Below, piece by piece: positions 10,788-19,376 of a stretch of 64,000 nucleotides of DNA (positions are counted from its first letter, which is position 1; each line of letters begins with the position of its first letter). Under the pieces are notes generated by a model. That model was given only the letters and a program-made list of their open reading frames with translations. It had not been told where the DNA came from and did not search any database. The DNA comes from an uncultured Actinomycetes bacterium. GTDB lineage: Bacteria > Actinomycetota > Thermoleophilia > Gaiellales > Gaiellaceae. The position numbers and the translations under genes are program-made. Location of the stretch: assembly GCA_963732465.1 (NCBI GenBank), contig CAVSZQ010000005.1, positions 74,358 through 138,357 of the forward strand, in the 5' to 3' direction.

Positions 10788-11363
10788 ATGCCGGGTATCG
10801 CTGATCGCGGTACCGGGCTCTGGCGTGCGATCGCGTGGGCCGAAGGTTCCTTGCTGCTCGGTCTTGCCGGCGTCGGCATTGCGGCGGTGAGCACCATGCC
10901 ATCGTGTGACTCCTTCCTGCACGGCTGTCCTCCGGGCGAGAGTGCGATCGGAGGAGACACGATCGTGTGGCTGGTTGCCTCGGGGGCTGCCCTTGCCGGC
11001 GGAATCTTCATGGCGTCCTGGACGTCCGGGTGGATCGAGGCGCGAGCCGCGGTCCGGGCAACGGTGGCGCTGGCGGCAGCGGCCGCCGCGCTGTGGCTGG
11101 GCGGATGGGCCTCCGTCGGGCTCGTCGACGAATTCCTTCCGAGCGTAGTGGTTGCGGTCGGCGTCGCCGGCACCCTCGCGATTCGACCATCGTGGCCGCG
11201 GGCGGTCATCGCGCGATTGGTCGTTCTCGCGGTGTTCGTCATCCTTGCCGTCGGCATGGCCAGCGTTGCCGGGTTGGTGATCCTGCTCTCGCTCCTCACA
11301 CTCCCGGCCATGGGGGCTGTCGAGAGCGCGCTCCGCCCTATCGAGTCCGAGCGAGTCGGCTAA
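10788..11363 (+). CDS. Hypothetical multi-pass membrane protein
   Basis: 191-aa ORF with several long hydrophobic stretches. No recognisable family. Confidence 0.5.
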   Translation: MPGIADRGTGLWRAIAWAEGSLLLGLAGVGIAAVSTMPSCDSFLHGCPPGESAIGGDTIVWLVASGAALAGGIFMASWTSGWIEARAAVRATVALAAAAAALWLGGWASVGLVDEFLPSVVVAVGVAGTLAIRPSWPRAVIARLVVLAVFVILAVGMASVAGLVILLSLLTLPAMGAVESALRPIESERVG

Positions 11364-11386
11364 GGCCCGCTTTACCCCGGACCAGA

Positions 11387-11412
11387 CCGAAGGCCCGCGC
11401 CCGGGCCTTCGG
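11387..11412 (+). terminator. Stem-loop after the membrane-protein gene
   Basis: CCGAAGGCCCG-CGCC-CGGGCCTTCGG, 11-bp stem. No U-tract. Confidence 0.45.
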
Positions 11413-11523
11413 ATGGAGGGACTTCGAGAACGGAGGGAATGCACTCCCATCGAAGCCGGGCGACGTTAACCGCGCCTGAGAGGCAGCTAAGAAAAATCTA
11501 AGAGGGAGTCCCCTCGAAACGCG

Positions 11524-11547
11524 ACAGGCCCGCTATCGCGGGCCTGT
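11524..11547 (-). terminator. Stem-loop downstream of micro-ORF 11569-11619
   Basis: ACAGGCCCGC-TATC-GCGGGCCTGT, followed on the minus strand by CGCGUUUCG. Confidence 0.55.
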
Positions 11548-11568
11548 CCATTCCGGCCTTGTGACGGG

Positions 11569-11619
11569 TCAGGGTTTCCCGGCCGGGACGTATGTGAAGA
11601 GGGTTCGTTCGTCACTCAT
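11569..11619 (-). CDS. Candidate 16-aa micro-ORF (MSDERTLFTYVPAGKP)
   Basis: ATG preceded by AGGAG with a 7-nt spacer; stem-loop 21 nt after the stop; sits in a locally AT-richer stretch. No homology assessable. Confidence 0.3.
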   Translation of the reverse strand: MSDERTLFTYVPAGKP

Positions 11620-11680
11620 GGTCGCACTCCTGTGTGAGAGGAGGCTGAGCGCTTCTTGAAGATTGAGTAAGAAGTCCTGC

Positions 11681-11726
11681 TCAGGCGGCACGAACGTAGA
11701 TGCCGTCCGCGGCCTTGTCGCTCAGC
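11681..11726 (-). repeat. Relic duplicate of the 3-prime end of the DtxR-family gene
   Basis: 39 of 46 nt identical to 11827-11872. Would encode ..SDKAADGIYVRAA-stop versus ..SEKAADGIYVRAA-stop in the live gene. Copy B3 lies between the two copies. Confidence 0.8.
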
Positions 11727-11728
11727 TC

Positions 11729-11804
11729 TGCGCAAGATCGGAATCCGCTAGCGCGGATGTCCGATCGCGCGGAAAGTCCCTGAAGGCGTCCGCTTCGCGG
11801 CCGC
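11729..11804 (+). repeat. Family-B repeat, copy B3 (H1 + H2 modules)
   Basis: TGCGCAAGATCGGAATCCGC..GCGGATGTCCGATCGCGCGG .. CCGCTTCGCGGCCGC. Confidence 0.85.
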
Positions 11805-11826
11805 TGCCCCGTGACTCTGTGACTCG

Positions 11827-12513
11827 CTACGCGGCTCGGACGTAGATGCCGTCTGCGGCCTTCTCGCTCAGCGCACGCTCGGCTCCGTTCACCGCCACGG
11901 TGAGCTGACCCGCGGCCGGCTGTGCGCTGCGGACCGACACGTGCGTGCCGGGGACGAGCCCCTCGTCGTAGAACCAGTCGAGGAGGTCGCCGTCGTGCTC
12001 GGCCAGGCGCACGATCTCGGCCTCGCTCCCGGCCTCGACGTCTCCGAGCGACATCAGCTCGGCGTTCTCGGCCTGCTCGACCTCGGGCTCGACCGGCCAT
12101 CCGTGCGGGCAGCGCTCCGGATGTCCGAGGCGATCGTTGATCCGCTCGATCATCTCGTCCGTGAACGTGTCCCCGAGCTCGTCGGCCTGCACGTGCGACT
12201 CCGCCGCGGTGTAGCCCATGAAGTCGGTGAGGAAGCGCTCGATGATCCGGTGCTTGCGGACGACGCGCTTCGCGCGCTCGATCCCGGCGTCGGTGAGGAT
12301 CGCCTCCTTCTGGTCTCCGCGCTCGACGAGCCCCTCGGACTCGAGGCGCTTCAGCATCTCGCCTGCGGACGCACGCGAGACCCCGAGCATCTCGGCGACG
12401 CGCGCCGCGATCGCCGTCGACCCGGTCGACGGCCGGTACTCGCCGATAGGGAAGGCGAGGAAGTAGATCGTCTCCAGGTACTCGTCGACCGAGTGGCCAT
12501 GGGTCTGCGCCAT
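11827..12513 (-). CDS. DtxR/IdeR/MntR-family metal-dependent transcriptional repressor with C-terminal FeoA/SH3-like domain
   Basis: N-terminal wHTH (AARVAEMLGVSRASAGEMLKRLESEGLVER), metal-site region (HPERCPHG) and a C-terminal FeoA-like domain. Confidence 0.9.
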   Translation of the reverse strand: MAQTHGHSVDEYLETIYFLAFPIGEYRPSTGSTAIAARVAEMLGVSRASAGEMLKRLESEGLVERGDQKEAILTDAGIERAKRVVRKHRIIERFLTDFMGYTAAESHVQADELGDTFTDEMIERINDRLGHPERCPHGWPVEPEVEQAENAELMSLGDVEAGSEAEIVRLAEHDGDLLDWFYDEGLVPGTHVSVRSAQPAAGQLTVAVNGAERALSEKAADGIYVRAA

Positions 12514-12522
12514 GGCTGAATC

Positions 12523-14136
12523 CTAGTCCGCGCTGCCTAGCTCCCAGGCGTTGCGCCAGGAGAGCAAGTAGACGAGCGGGGCGGCTATGACGACGAGAAG
12601 CAGGGCGGAGGGAGCGACGGCCGAGTACGCGCCGACCGAGGTGCCTTTCCAGATCTCGGTCGCGAGCGTCTCGAAGCCGATGGGGCGGAGGAGCAGCGTC
12701 GCCGGCAGCTCCTTCACCGTGCTCAGGAACACGAGCGCGCCGCCGGCGAGCATCCCCGAGCGGGCGAGCGGGAGGACGACAGAGGTCGTCGCCGACAACG
12801 GCTTGCGCCCGAGCGAGCGCGCGGCCTCTTCGAGCCGCGGGCTCACGGCGTCGAGCGACGCGCGCGTGGACGCGAGCGCGTACGGCGAGAAGCGGACGAG
12901 GTAGGCGAAGAGCAGCAGCCCCAGGCTCTGGTAGACGAAGCCGCCGACGCGCGCGCCGAGGAAGACGAGCGCGAGCGCGACCGCGATCCCCGGGAGCGCG
13001 CCCGGCGAGAGGGCGATCCGCTCGAGCGCGCGCGAGAGCGCGGAGGGATAGCGCCATGCGAGGACAGCTACGGGGAGGACGACGACGACCCCGACCACTG
13101 CGGCGGCGCCGGCGACGAGCGCCGAGTTCAGCGCCGCCTCCCAGGCGACGTCGGCGCGGCCGCTGATCGGGTCGGCTCTCACCGACCACCACACGAGCAC
13201 GCCGAGGGGCAGCGCGAGGAAGAGCCCGATCGCGCCCGTGCAGAAGGCGAGCGCGGGCAACCTCCAGCGCCCGAGCCTTACGAGGTCGGCCTGGCGGCCC
13301 GCGCCGGGTGTGCTCCGGTAGATCGCGCCCCGCAGCCGCCAGCGCGACGCGAGGAGCACGACGACGCCGGCGAGCACGACGAGGACGAGCGCGAGGATCG
13401 CCGCGGCCTCGAGCGCGAGCAGCGACTCGTAGCGCACGTAGATCCCGGTCGTGAGCGTCGAGTAGCCCATGAGCGAGACGGCGCCGAAGTCGGAGAGGAC
13501 ATAGAGAGCGACGAGGAGAGAGGCGGCAGCGAGCGAGGGGCGTAGCGTGGGCACGGTCACCCGCCAGAACACCGAGGCCCGCCCGGCTCCGAGGCTGCGC
13601 GCAGCCTCTTCCGCGGAGGGATCGGCGCTCCTGAGACCCGCCGCGGTGAGCAGGAAGACGTATGGGTAGGTCGAGAGCGTCAGCGCGAGCAGCGCTCCCC
13701 AGTATCCGTAGATCTCCGGCACCGACTCCACGCCCAGCGGCTCGAGTGCCTGCTGGAGGAGGCCGCGCGGGGCGAAGGCGCCGAGCAGCGCGAGGGCGGC
13801 GATGAAGCTCGGGATCACGAGCGGCAGCGAGGCGGCGAGCGCCCAGACGCGCCGGCCTGGGAGGTCGGTGCGAACGACGAGCCAGGCGAGCGGGACGCCG
13901 ACGAGGAGCGCGGCTGCGACGACTCCGGCCGCCAGGAGACCCGTGTCGACGACGAGCTCGAGTGTCGTCCGGAGCGGGACGAGCGCCCGCGCGTCCGCAT
14001 CCGCCGAGAGCGCTCGCGGGACGAGGTACGCGATGGGAACCGCCGCCGCGATCGCGACGACCGCGGCGGCGAGCGTCAGGAGGAGTGGGGGGCGGCGACC
14101 CGGCGACGCCGCCGAGGCCGCCGCGCCCTCCGTCAC
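12523..14136 (-). CDS. Iron(III)-type ABC transporter permease (fused two-domain)
   Basis: About 537 aa, highly hydrophobic, two repeated permease halves. GTG 14136 overlaps the stop of the binding-protein gene (GTGA). Confidence 0.85.
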   Translation of the reverse strand: MTEGAAASAASPGRRPPLLLTLAAAVVAIAAAVPIAYLVPRALSADADARALVPLRTTLELVVDTGLLAAGVVAAALLVGVPLAWLVVRTDLPGRRVWALAASLPLVIPSFIAALALLGAFAPRGLLQQALEPLGVESVPEIYGYWGALLALTLSTYPYVFLLTAAGLRSADPSAEEAARSLGAGRASVFWRVTVPTLRPSLAAASLLVALYVLSDFGAVSLMGYSTLTTGIYVRYESLLALEAAAILALVLVVLAGVVVLLASRWRLRGAIYRSTPGAGRQADLVRLGRWRLPALAFCTGAIGLFLALPLGVLVWWSVRADPISGRADVAWEAALNSALVAGAAAVVGVVVVLPVAVLAWRYPSALSRALERIALSPGALPGIAVALALVFLGARVGGFVYQSLGLLLFAYLVRFSPYALASTRASLDAVSPRLEEAARSLGRKPLSATTSVVLPLARSGMLAGGALVFLSTVKELPATLLLRPIGFETLATEIWKGTSVGAYSAVAPSALLLVVIAAPLVYLLSWRNAWELGSAD

Positions 14137-15155
14137 TTGACGAGGCCCGTCTCCAGGAGCAGCTTCACGGCCGGCGCGAGGTCGGCCGACAAGCGCCCGA
14201 GCGCGTACTTCGGGCCCTCGATCGTCGACAGCGCCCTCAGGCCGGGTCGCCGCGGCACGCCCTCGAGCAGCGGGTACTCGGCGGCGCCGGGCCCGCGGGC
14301 GATGAACCGCTGCGCCCACTTCGAGAGCAGGAAGTCGACGAAGCGCTGGGCGTTCGCGTCGTTCTCGGTCGAGGACACGACGCCGGCCCCGGCGGCGAGC
14401 ACGAGGTTGCCCATGTCGCCGTCACGGAACCAGTGGTTTCGCACCGGCAGGCTCGGATCCTCGGCCAGGAGGTTGTAGACGTAGTAGTGGTTCACGAGCC
14501 CGACCTGGACGTCTCCCCGCCCGACCGCCTGCACGACGGCGGTGTTGTTGGGGAAGGACTTGACGCCGTTGTCCTTCAGCCCCTCCAGCCACGTGCGCAC
14601 GCGAGCCTCGCCGTGCAGGTGGATGGCGGCGCCGAGGAACGCCTGGAAGGACGCGTTCGTCGGGGCGATCCCGATCTTCCCGTCCCAGCGCTCGGCCGTG
14701 AGCCCCCACACCGACTGCGGAAGCTGCTGCGCCGTCAGCGCGCCGGTGTTGTAGACGAGGACGCGCGAGCGGCCGCTCGTCCCCACCCAACGCCTGCTCG
14801 AGGTCGCGAACCGCGACGGCACCTTGCCGACGGTCGCCTGCGGGAGGCGCTTCAGCAGCCCTCTCGCTCCGACGAGCCCGAGCGTGCCCGGCTCCTGCGA
14901 CCAGTAGACGTCGGCGGGGCTGTTGCGGCCCTCCTCGACGAGCGCGGTCGCGAGGGCCGTCGACGACGCGTAGCGAACGTTGAGCTGGATCCCGGTCTCA
15001 CGCGTGAAGCGATCCATGATCGGCTTCACGAGCCGCTCCTCACGTCCCGAGTAGATCGTCAGCGAGGCGCCCTGATCAGGCGCGGTCGACGCTCCGCCTG
15101 CCGTCGCCAGGGCGGCGATCACTCCGGCGAGCGCTGCGATGCCTAGTCTCTTCAT
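14133..15155 (-). CDS. Fe(III)/solute-binding protein of ABC transporter (family 1 SBP)
   Basis: Signal peptide MKRLGIAALAGVIAALATAGGAS, SBP-like body and operon context. GGAGG SD 5 nt before ATG 15155. Confidence 0.85.
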   Translation of the reverse strand: MKRLGIAALAGVIAALATAGGASTAPDQGASLTIYSGREERLVKPIMDRFTRETGIQLNVRYASSTALATALVEEGRNSPADVYWSQEPGTLGLVGARGLLKRLPQATVGKVPSRFATSSRRWVGTSGRSRVLVYNTGALTAQQLPQSVWGLTAERWDGKIGIAPTNASFQAFLGAAIHLHGEARVRTWLEGLKDNGVKSFPNNTAVVQAVGRGDVQVGLVNHYYVYNLLAEDPSLPVRNHWFRDGDMGNLVLAAGAGVVSSTENDANAQRFVDFLLSKWAQRFIARGPGAAEYPLLEGVPRRPGLRALSTIEGPKYALGRLSADLAPAVKLLLETGLVK

Positions 15156-15189
15156 CCTCTCCTCCATGTAAGTCACACCTCAGCCGCGG

Positions 15190-15207
15190 TGTAAGGCGCA
15201 CCTTACA
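15190..15207. promoter_or_regulatory. Operator-like palindrome TGTAAGG-CGCA-CCTTACA upstream of the binding-protein gene
   Basis: Perfect 7+7 inverted repeat 35 nt upstream of ATG 15155. A second copy lies at 16240-16257. Confidence 0.6.
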
Positions 15208-15220
15208 TGCACTCAGAACC

Positions 15221-16240
15221 TCAGTCCACGACAGGCGCGTGCCCGTCGTGCAGACGGATCGACACACGCGAGCCGAGCGGGACGACCTCGGTCGAGGGGC
15301 GCTGCGAGACGAGCTCGACGCCGTCGAGGAGGACGCGGTAGAAGACGTCGTGGCCGCGGAACTCGCGGGCGACGACCTCGGCCGAGCCCGCGGGATCCGG
15401 CTCGAGCTCGAGGAGCTCCGGGCGGACGAGGACCCGGGCGGCGGCGTGCCCCGAGGAGCCGTTTGCCGGGAACGACCCGACCTGTGTCTGGATGAAGCCG
15501 TCGACCACACGCCCGTCGAGGACGTTCGCGGCGCCGACGAACTCGGCCGCCCAGCGCGACACCGGCGCGAAGTAGATCTCCTCCGAGGTGCCCTCCTGGA
15601 CGACCGCGCCGTCGCGCATGAGCGCGATCCGGTCGGCGAGCGAGAACGCCTCCTCGCGGTCGTGCGTGACGAGGAGCACGGTCACACCGAGAGGACGGAT
15701 GATCTCCGCGACCTCGCTGCGGAGCGACTCGCGCTGGAAGGGGTCGACGTTCGACCACGGCTCGTCGAGCAGCACGAGCTCGGGCGAGGGCGCGAGCGCG
15801 CGCGCGAGAGCGACGCGCTGCTGCTGTCCGCCGGAGAGCTCGTGCGGGTACCTGCGGCCGAGCGCGTCGAGGCCGACGACTGCGAGAAGGTCGGCGACGC
15901 GCGTGGCGCGCTCGCGGCGCGGGAGGCCGAAGCCCACGTTCTCCGAGACGGTCAGGTGGGGGAAGAGCGCGTAGTCCTGGAACACCATTCCAACTCGGCG
16001 CTGCTCGGGCGGGACCCAGGTTCCGGGGCCGGCGACCCTTCTGTCCGCGACCTCGACCGACCCGTTGTCGGGGCGTTCGAAGCCGGCGATGAGCCGGAGG
16101 AGGGTCGTCTTGCCGCAGCCGGACGGCCCGAGGAGGGCGACGACCTCGCCGCGCTCCACGCAGAGTGAGGCTCCGTCGACGGCGGTCGTGTCACCGAAAC
16201 GCTTCGTGACGCCGTCGAGGCGGATCATCGAGCAGCTCAT
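15221..16240 (-). CDS. ABC transporter ATP-binding protein (FbpC/PotA-like)
   Basis: GPSGCGKTT Walker A, LSGGQQQRVALARAL signature, LVLLDEP Walker B and a C-terminal TOBE-like region. The start may instead be ATG 16228. Confidence 0.92.
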   Translation of the reverse strand: MSCSMIRLDGVTKRFGDTTAVDGASLCVERGEVVALLGPSGCGKTTLLRLIAGFERPDNGSVEVADRRVAGPGTWVPPEQRRVGMVFQDYALFPHLTVSENVGFGLPRRERATRVADLLAVVGLDALGRRYPHELSGGQQQRVALARALAPSPELVLLDEPWSNVDPFQRESLRSEVAEIIRPLGVTVLLVTHDREEAFSLADRIALMRDGAVVQEGTSEEIYFAPVSRWAAEFVGAANVLDGRVVDGFIQTQVGSFPANGSSGHAAARVLVRPELLELEPDPAGSAEVVAREFRGHDVFYRVLLDGVELVSQRPSTEVVPLGSRVSIRLHDGHAPVVD

Positions 16241-16257
16241 GTAAGGGGAACCTTACA
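16240..16257. promoter_or_regulatory. Operator-like palindrome TGTAAGG-GGAA-CCTTACA at the head of the ABC operon
   Basis: Same half-sites as 15190-15207. Abuts or overlaps the first ATG of the ATPase gene. Confidence 0.6.
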
Positions 16258-16372
16258 CCGGAACGGAGCACCGCCCTGGGGAACGATTGACACGCATTCG
16301 GCACAGTTGCAGGGCCAGGCCCTGCAACAAAACACCGTCGGCCGCCGAGGCCGCGGATACGCTCGCCCGCGG

Positions 16373-18304
16373 ATGCCGCTGGCCGAGATCTACCCGCTCG
16401 TCACGGCTCGTGCGCTCGCGAGGCCGTTCACGTACGACGTTCCGGACGACGTCGGGCGTGGTGCCGTCGTGTCCGTGGGGCTCGGGGGGAGGCGGGTAAG
16501 AGGCGTGGTCGTGGACGTGGGCGTTGCTGCGCCCGACGGCGTTCAGATCGCGCCTGCGGGGCCGGTGGTCGACCGAGTTCCCGCTGTGCTCGTCGAGCTT
16601 GCGCTCTGGCTCGCCGAGTACTACGGCTCGACGCCGGCGCGCACGCTGGCGCTTGTCGCGCCGCATGCGCGATCTCGGCGAGGCGAGCGGAAGGCGCCGC
16701 TGATGCGCGAAGCCCTCTCCGGCGGCGAGCCGGAGCCCGCGGCGCTAACTCCCGCCCAGACAGAGGCGGTCGCGCGGATCGTCGCGGCTCTCGACGCGGG
16801 CGGCGGCCACGTCTTGCTCCACGGCCCCACCGGGAGCGGGAAGACCGAGGTTTACCTCCAGGCGTGCGCGGCCGCTCTCGAGCGCGGGAAGGGCGCGATC
16901 GTGCTCGTGCCGGAGATCGCGCTGACGCCGCAGACCGTCGGGAGATTCGCCGCGCGCTTCGGCGATCGCGTCGCGGTCCTCCACTCGGCGCTGACCGAGG
17001 CGGAGCGGCGGGACGAGCGCGAACGCATCGCGGGCGGGGAGGCCCGCGTTGTCGTCGGTGCCCGCTCGGCGGTCTTCGCGCCGGTGCCGGATCTCGGCCT
17101 CCTCGTCGTCGACGAGGAGCACGACGCCTCGTTCAAGCAGGAGTCCGACCCGCGCTACGACGCGCGCACGGTGGCGGCGAAGCGTGCCTCGCTCGAAGGC
17201 GCCGTCGCGGTGTACGGCAGCGCGACGCCGCGGGTCGAGAGCTGGGATCGGCTCGAGCGGCTCGCGCTACCGTCGCGGATCGGCGCGCCGCTTCCGTCCG
17301 TCCGGGTCGTCGATCTCCGGCGCGAGGCCGGCTATCCGCTCTCGGCGCCGCTGCTCGCCGAGCTCGCCGCGGTGGAAGAGCGCGGCGGCCGGGCGATCCT
17401 CCTGCTGAACCGGCGCGGCGTCTCGGGTGCGATCCATTGCCGGGCGTGTGGGGTCTCTCGCCGTTGCCGGAGCTGCGACGTCGCACTGACGCTCCACGGC
17501 GACGAGCGGCTGCACTGCCATCACTGCGGGTTCTCGGAAGAGCTCCCGCCGAGCTGTCCGGAGTGCGGGTCGGTCGAGCTCGCGCGGGTCGGTGCCGGGA
17601 CGCAGCGCCTCGAGGCGGAGCTCGAGCGGCGGCTGCCTGGGCTCGAGCGCATCCGGCTCGACGCCGACACGGCGGCGAAGCCCGGAGCTCTGCGCGAGGC
17701 GCTCGAACGGTTCGCGCGCGCGCGGGCGGCGGCGCTGATCGGGACGCAAATGGTTGCAAAAGGGCATCACTTTCCGGGCGTGGCCATGTCCGCGGTGGTC
17801 GATGCCGACACCGGCCTCGCGTTCCCCGATTTCCGCGCTGACGAGCGGACGTTCCAGCTCGTGACGCAGCTTGCGGGGCGGAGCGGTCGTGACGCCCCCG
17901 GCAAGGTTCTCGTGCAGACGTTCCAGCCCGACGCGACGCCCCTCACGTACGCCGCGAGACACGACGTTGCCGGCTTTCTGGCGCAGGAGCTCGAGCGCCG
18001 GAAGGAGCTCGAGTACCCACCCTTCAGCCACCTCGTCTCGATCGCCGTTTCCGGGCCTGAGCAGGACTTTCCGCTGCGCGCGCTCCGCGAGCTGCGCGGC
18101 GCGCTCGAGCTGCCGGGCGTGAGGCTGATCGGCCCTGCGCCGCTGCTTCGGCTCCGAGGACGCTACCGAGCCCAGCTCGTCGCCAAGACGTCGTCCCCCC
18201 GAGCGTTCGCGAGCCGCGCCGCGACGCTCCTCGCGGCCGCCGCTCCGGCCATGCGTCGCGACGGTCTCGCGGCGGTCGTGGACGTCGATCCGCAGTCGCT
18301 TTAG
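16373..18304 (+). CDS. priA: Primosomal protein N-prime (replication restart helicase PriA)
   Basis: GPTGSGKTEVY Walker A, DEEHD box and a Cys-rich zinc region (CRACG..CRSCD..CHHCG..CPECG). Confidence 0.92.
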   Translation: MPLAEIYPLVTARALARPFTYDVPDDVGRGAVVSVGLGGRRVRGVVVDVGVAAPDGVQIAPAGPVVDRVPAVLVELALWLAEYYGSTPARTLALVAPHARSRRGERKAPLMREALSGGEPEPAALTPAQTEAVARIVAALDAGGGHVLLHGPTGSGKTEVYLQACAAALERGKGAIVLVPEIALTPQTVGRFAARFGDRVAVLHSALTEAERRDERERIAGGEARVVVGARSAVFAPVPDLGLLVVDEEHDASFKQESDPRYDARTVAAKRASLEGAVAVYGSATPRVESWDRLERLALPSRIGAPLPSVRVVDLRREAGYPLSAPLLAELAAVEERGGRAILLLNRRGVSGAIHCRACGVSRRCRSCDVALTLHGDERLHCHHCGFSEELPPSCPECGSVELARVGAGTQRLEAELERRLPGLERIRLDADTAAKPGALREALERFARARAAALIGTQMVAKGHHFPGVAMSAVVDADTGLAFPDFRADERTFQLVTQLAGRSGRDAPGKVLVQTFQPDATPLTYAARHDVAGFLAQELERRKELEYPPFSHLVSIAVSGPEQDFPLRALRELRGALELPGVRLIGPAPLLRLRGRYRAQLVAKTSSPRAFASRAATLLAAAAPAMRRDGLAAVVDVDPQSL

Positions 18305-18416
18305 GCCATCGGCCGAACCCGCGCTGTCCAGAGCGGACATGTCCGTTTGGGCCAATTGTCAGAAGCTCGATCTCGCGATACATCGTCATCTCCACAACTC
18401 AGCGAAGGAGATGCGA

Positions 18417-18749
18417 ATGAGACGATTCGTCATCGCGGTCGCGGTTGTCGTCGCGCTTGCCATGGCGTCGACGGCGCTAGCGATGTACCAGTACGCGCCT
18501 CCCCGGCAGTGGAGCAACGGGGTGGGCGCCGGAAGCTCCTGGAGCAGCAGCTGGCTCGCGAACTGGTTCTCGACGTACGGCTCCGGTACGGACAAGACCG
18601 TCACGTTCATCAAGAACACGACGTACGGCTGGCACAACACGAGGCGGGGCGGCTCCGACTACCTGGAGACGTATGCGCCGTATCCGGGCACGTTCAAGGC
18701 GCACTGCGTCGCGCACGCCACCTTCTGGGGCAGCTGCAATGTTCGCTAA
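18417..18749 (+). CDS. Small secreted hypothetical protein
   Basis: GAAGGAG SD with ATG 18417; signal-like N-terminus MRRFVIAVAVVVALAMASTALA. No recognised family. Confidence 0.6.
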   Translation: MRRFVIAVAVVVALAMASTALAMYQYAPPRQWSNGVGAGSSWSSSWLANWFSTYGSGTDKTVTFIKNTTYGWHNTRRGGSDYLETYAPYPGTFKAHCVAHATFWGSCNVR

Positions 18750-19335
18750 GCGAAGAATCGGACGTTGGGCAGCGCTGGGCTCGGCGGTGGTGCTCGCAGG
18801 CGCCCTTGCCGGCGGGGTCGTCGCCTCGCGGATCGACGACAGCAGCGAGCTCATCGCTGCGATCGACGAGGCGCCGCTGACGCGGGTCGCGGAGATCGAA
18901 GCGTCGGACGGCGCACCAGGTCGTGGCGTGTTCGTCCAGCTGACGAAGACCGGCCATCTATGCGTCTGGGAGGCGCCTTCCGCAACGTCGCGCCAGCGTG
19001 GAGGCGGCTGCAACTCGATCGATGATCCTCTGAACGGGAGCGCTCTCTCCGCAACGCTCAGCTACGACGGCGGGCCGGCGATCTCCGACGTCAGAAGCGC
19101 GTCGGTCTTCGGCCTCGCAGCGGCCGATGTATCGCGGATACGGGTGCTGATGCGCGATGGAACCTTCCGCGAGGTCAAGCTGAAGAAGATCAAGGTCGCG
19201 TCGGATGAGTTCAAGGCGTTCGGCTACCGCTTCAAGAAGGCGGATCTCGGGCAGGGACTCGGCCCCTCGGCGTTCGTCGCGTACGACGCCGGCGGCAACG
19301 AGGTCGGTCGCCAACCGACGGGCATCGGAAGCTGA
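18739..19335 (+). CDS. Hypothetical secreted/membrane-anchored protein
   Basis: MFAKRRIGRWAALGSAVVLAGALAGGVVA N-terminal anchor. Its start overlaps the stop of the preceding gene. Confidence 0.6.
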   Translation: MFAKRRIGRWAALGSAVVLAGALAGGVVASRIDDSSELIAAIDEAPLTRVAEIEASDGAPGRGVFVQLTKTGHLCVWEAPSATSRQRGGGCNSIDDPLNGSALSATLSYDGGPAISDVRSASVFGLAAADVSRIRVLMRDGTFREVKLKKIKVASDEFKAFGYRFKKADLGQGLGPSAFVAYDAGGNEVGRQPTGIGS

Positions 19336-19376
19336 GAGGTACGGCTCTTGCGCGGCGGGCTAGACTCGCCGACGCG

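Noticed and set aside
16287-16327. TTGACA box (16287-16292) and 21-bp palindrome TTGCAGGGCC-A-GGCCCTGCAA (16307-16327) as the priA promoter/operator
   Set aside because: No acceptable -10 element lies at a proper distance from the TTGACA. The palindrome is GC-rich and single-copy, so its function cannot be argued from sequence alone.
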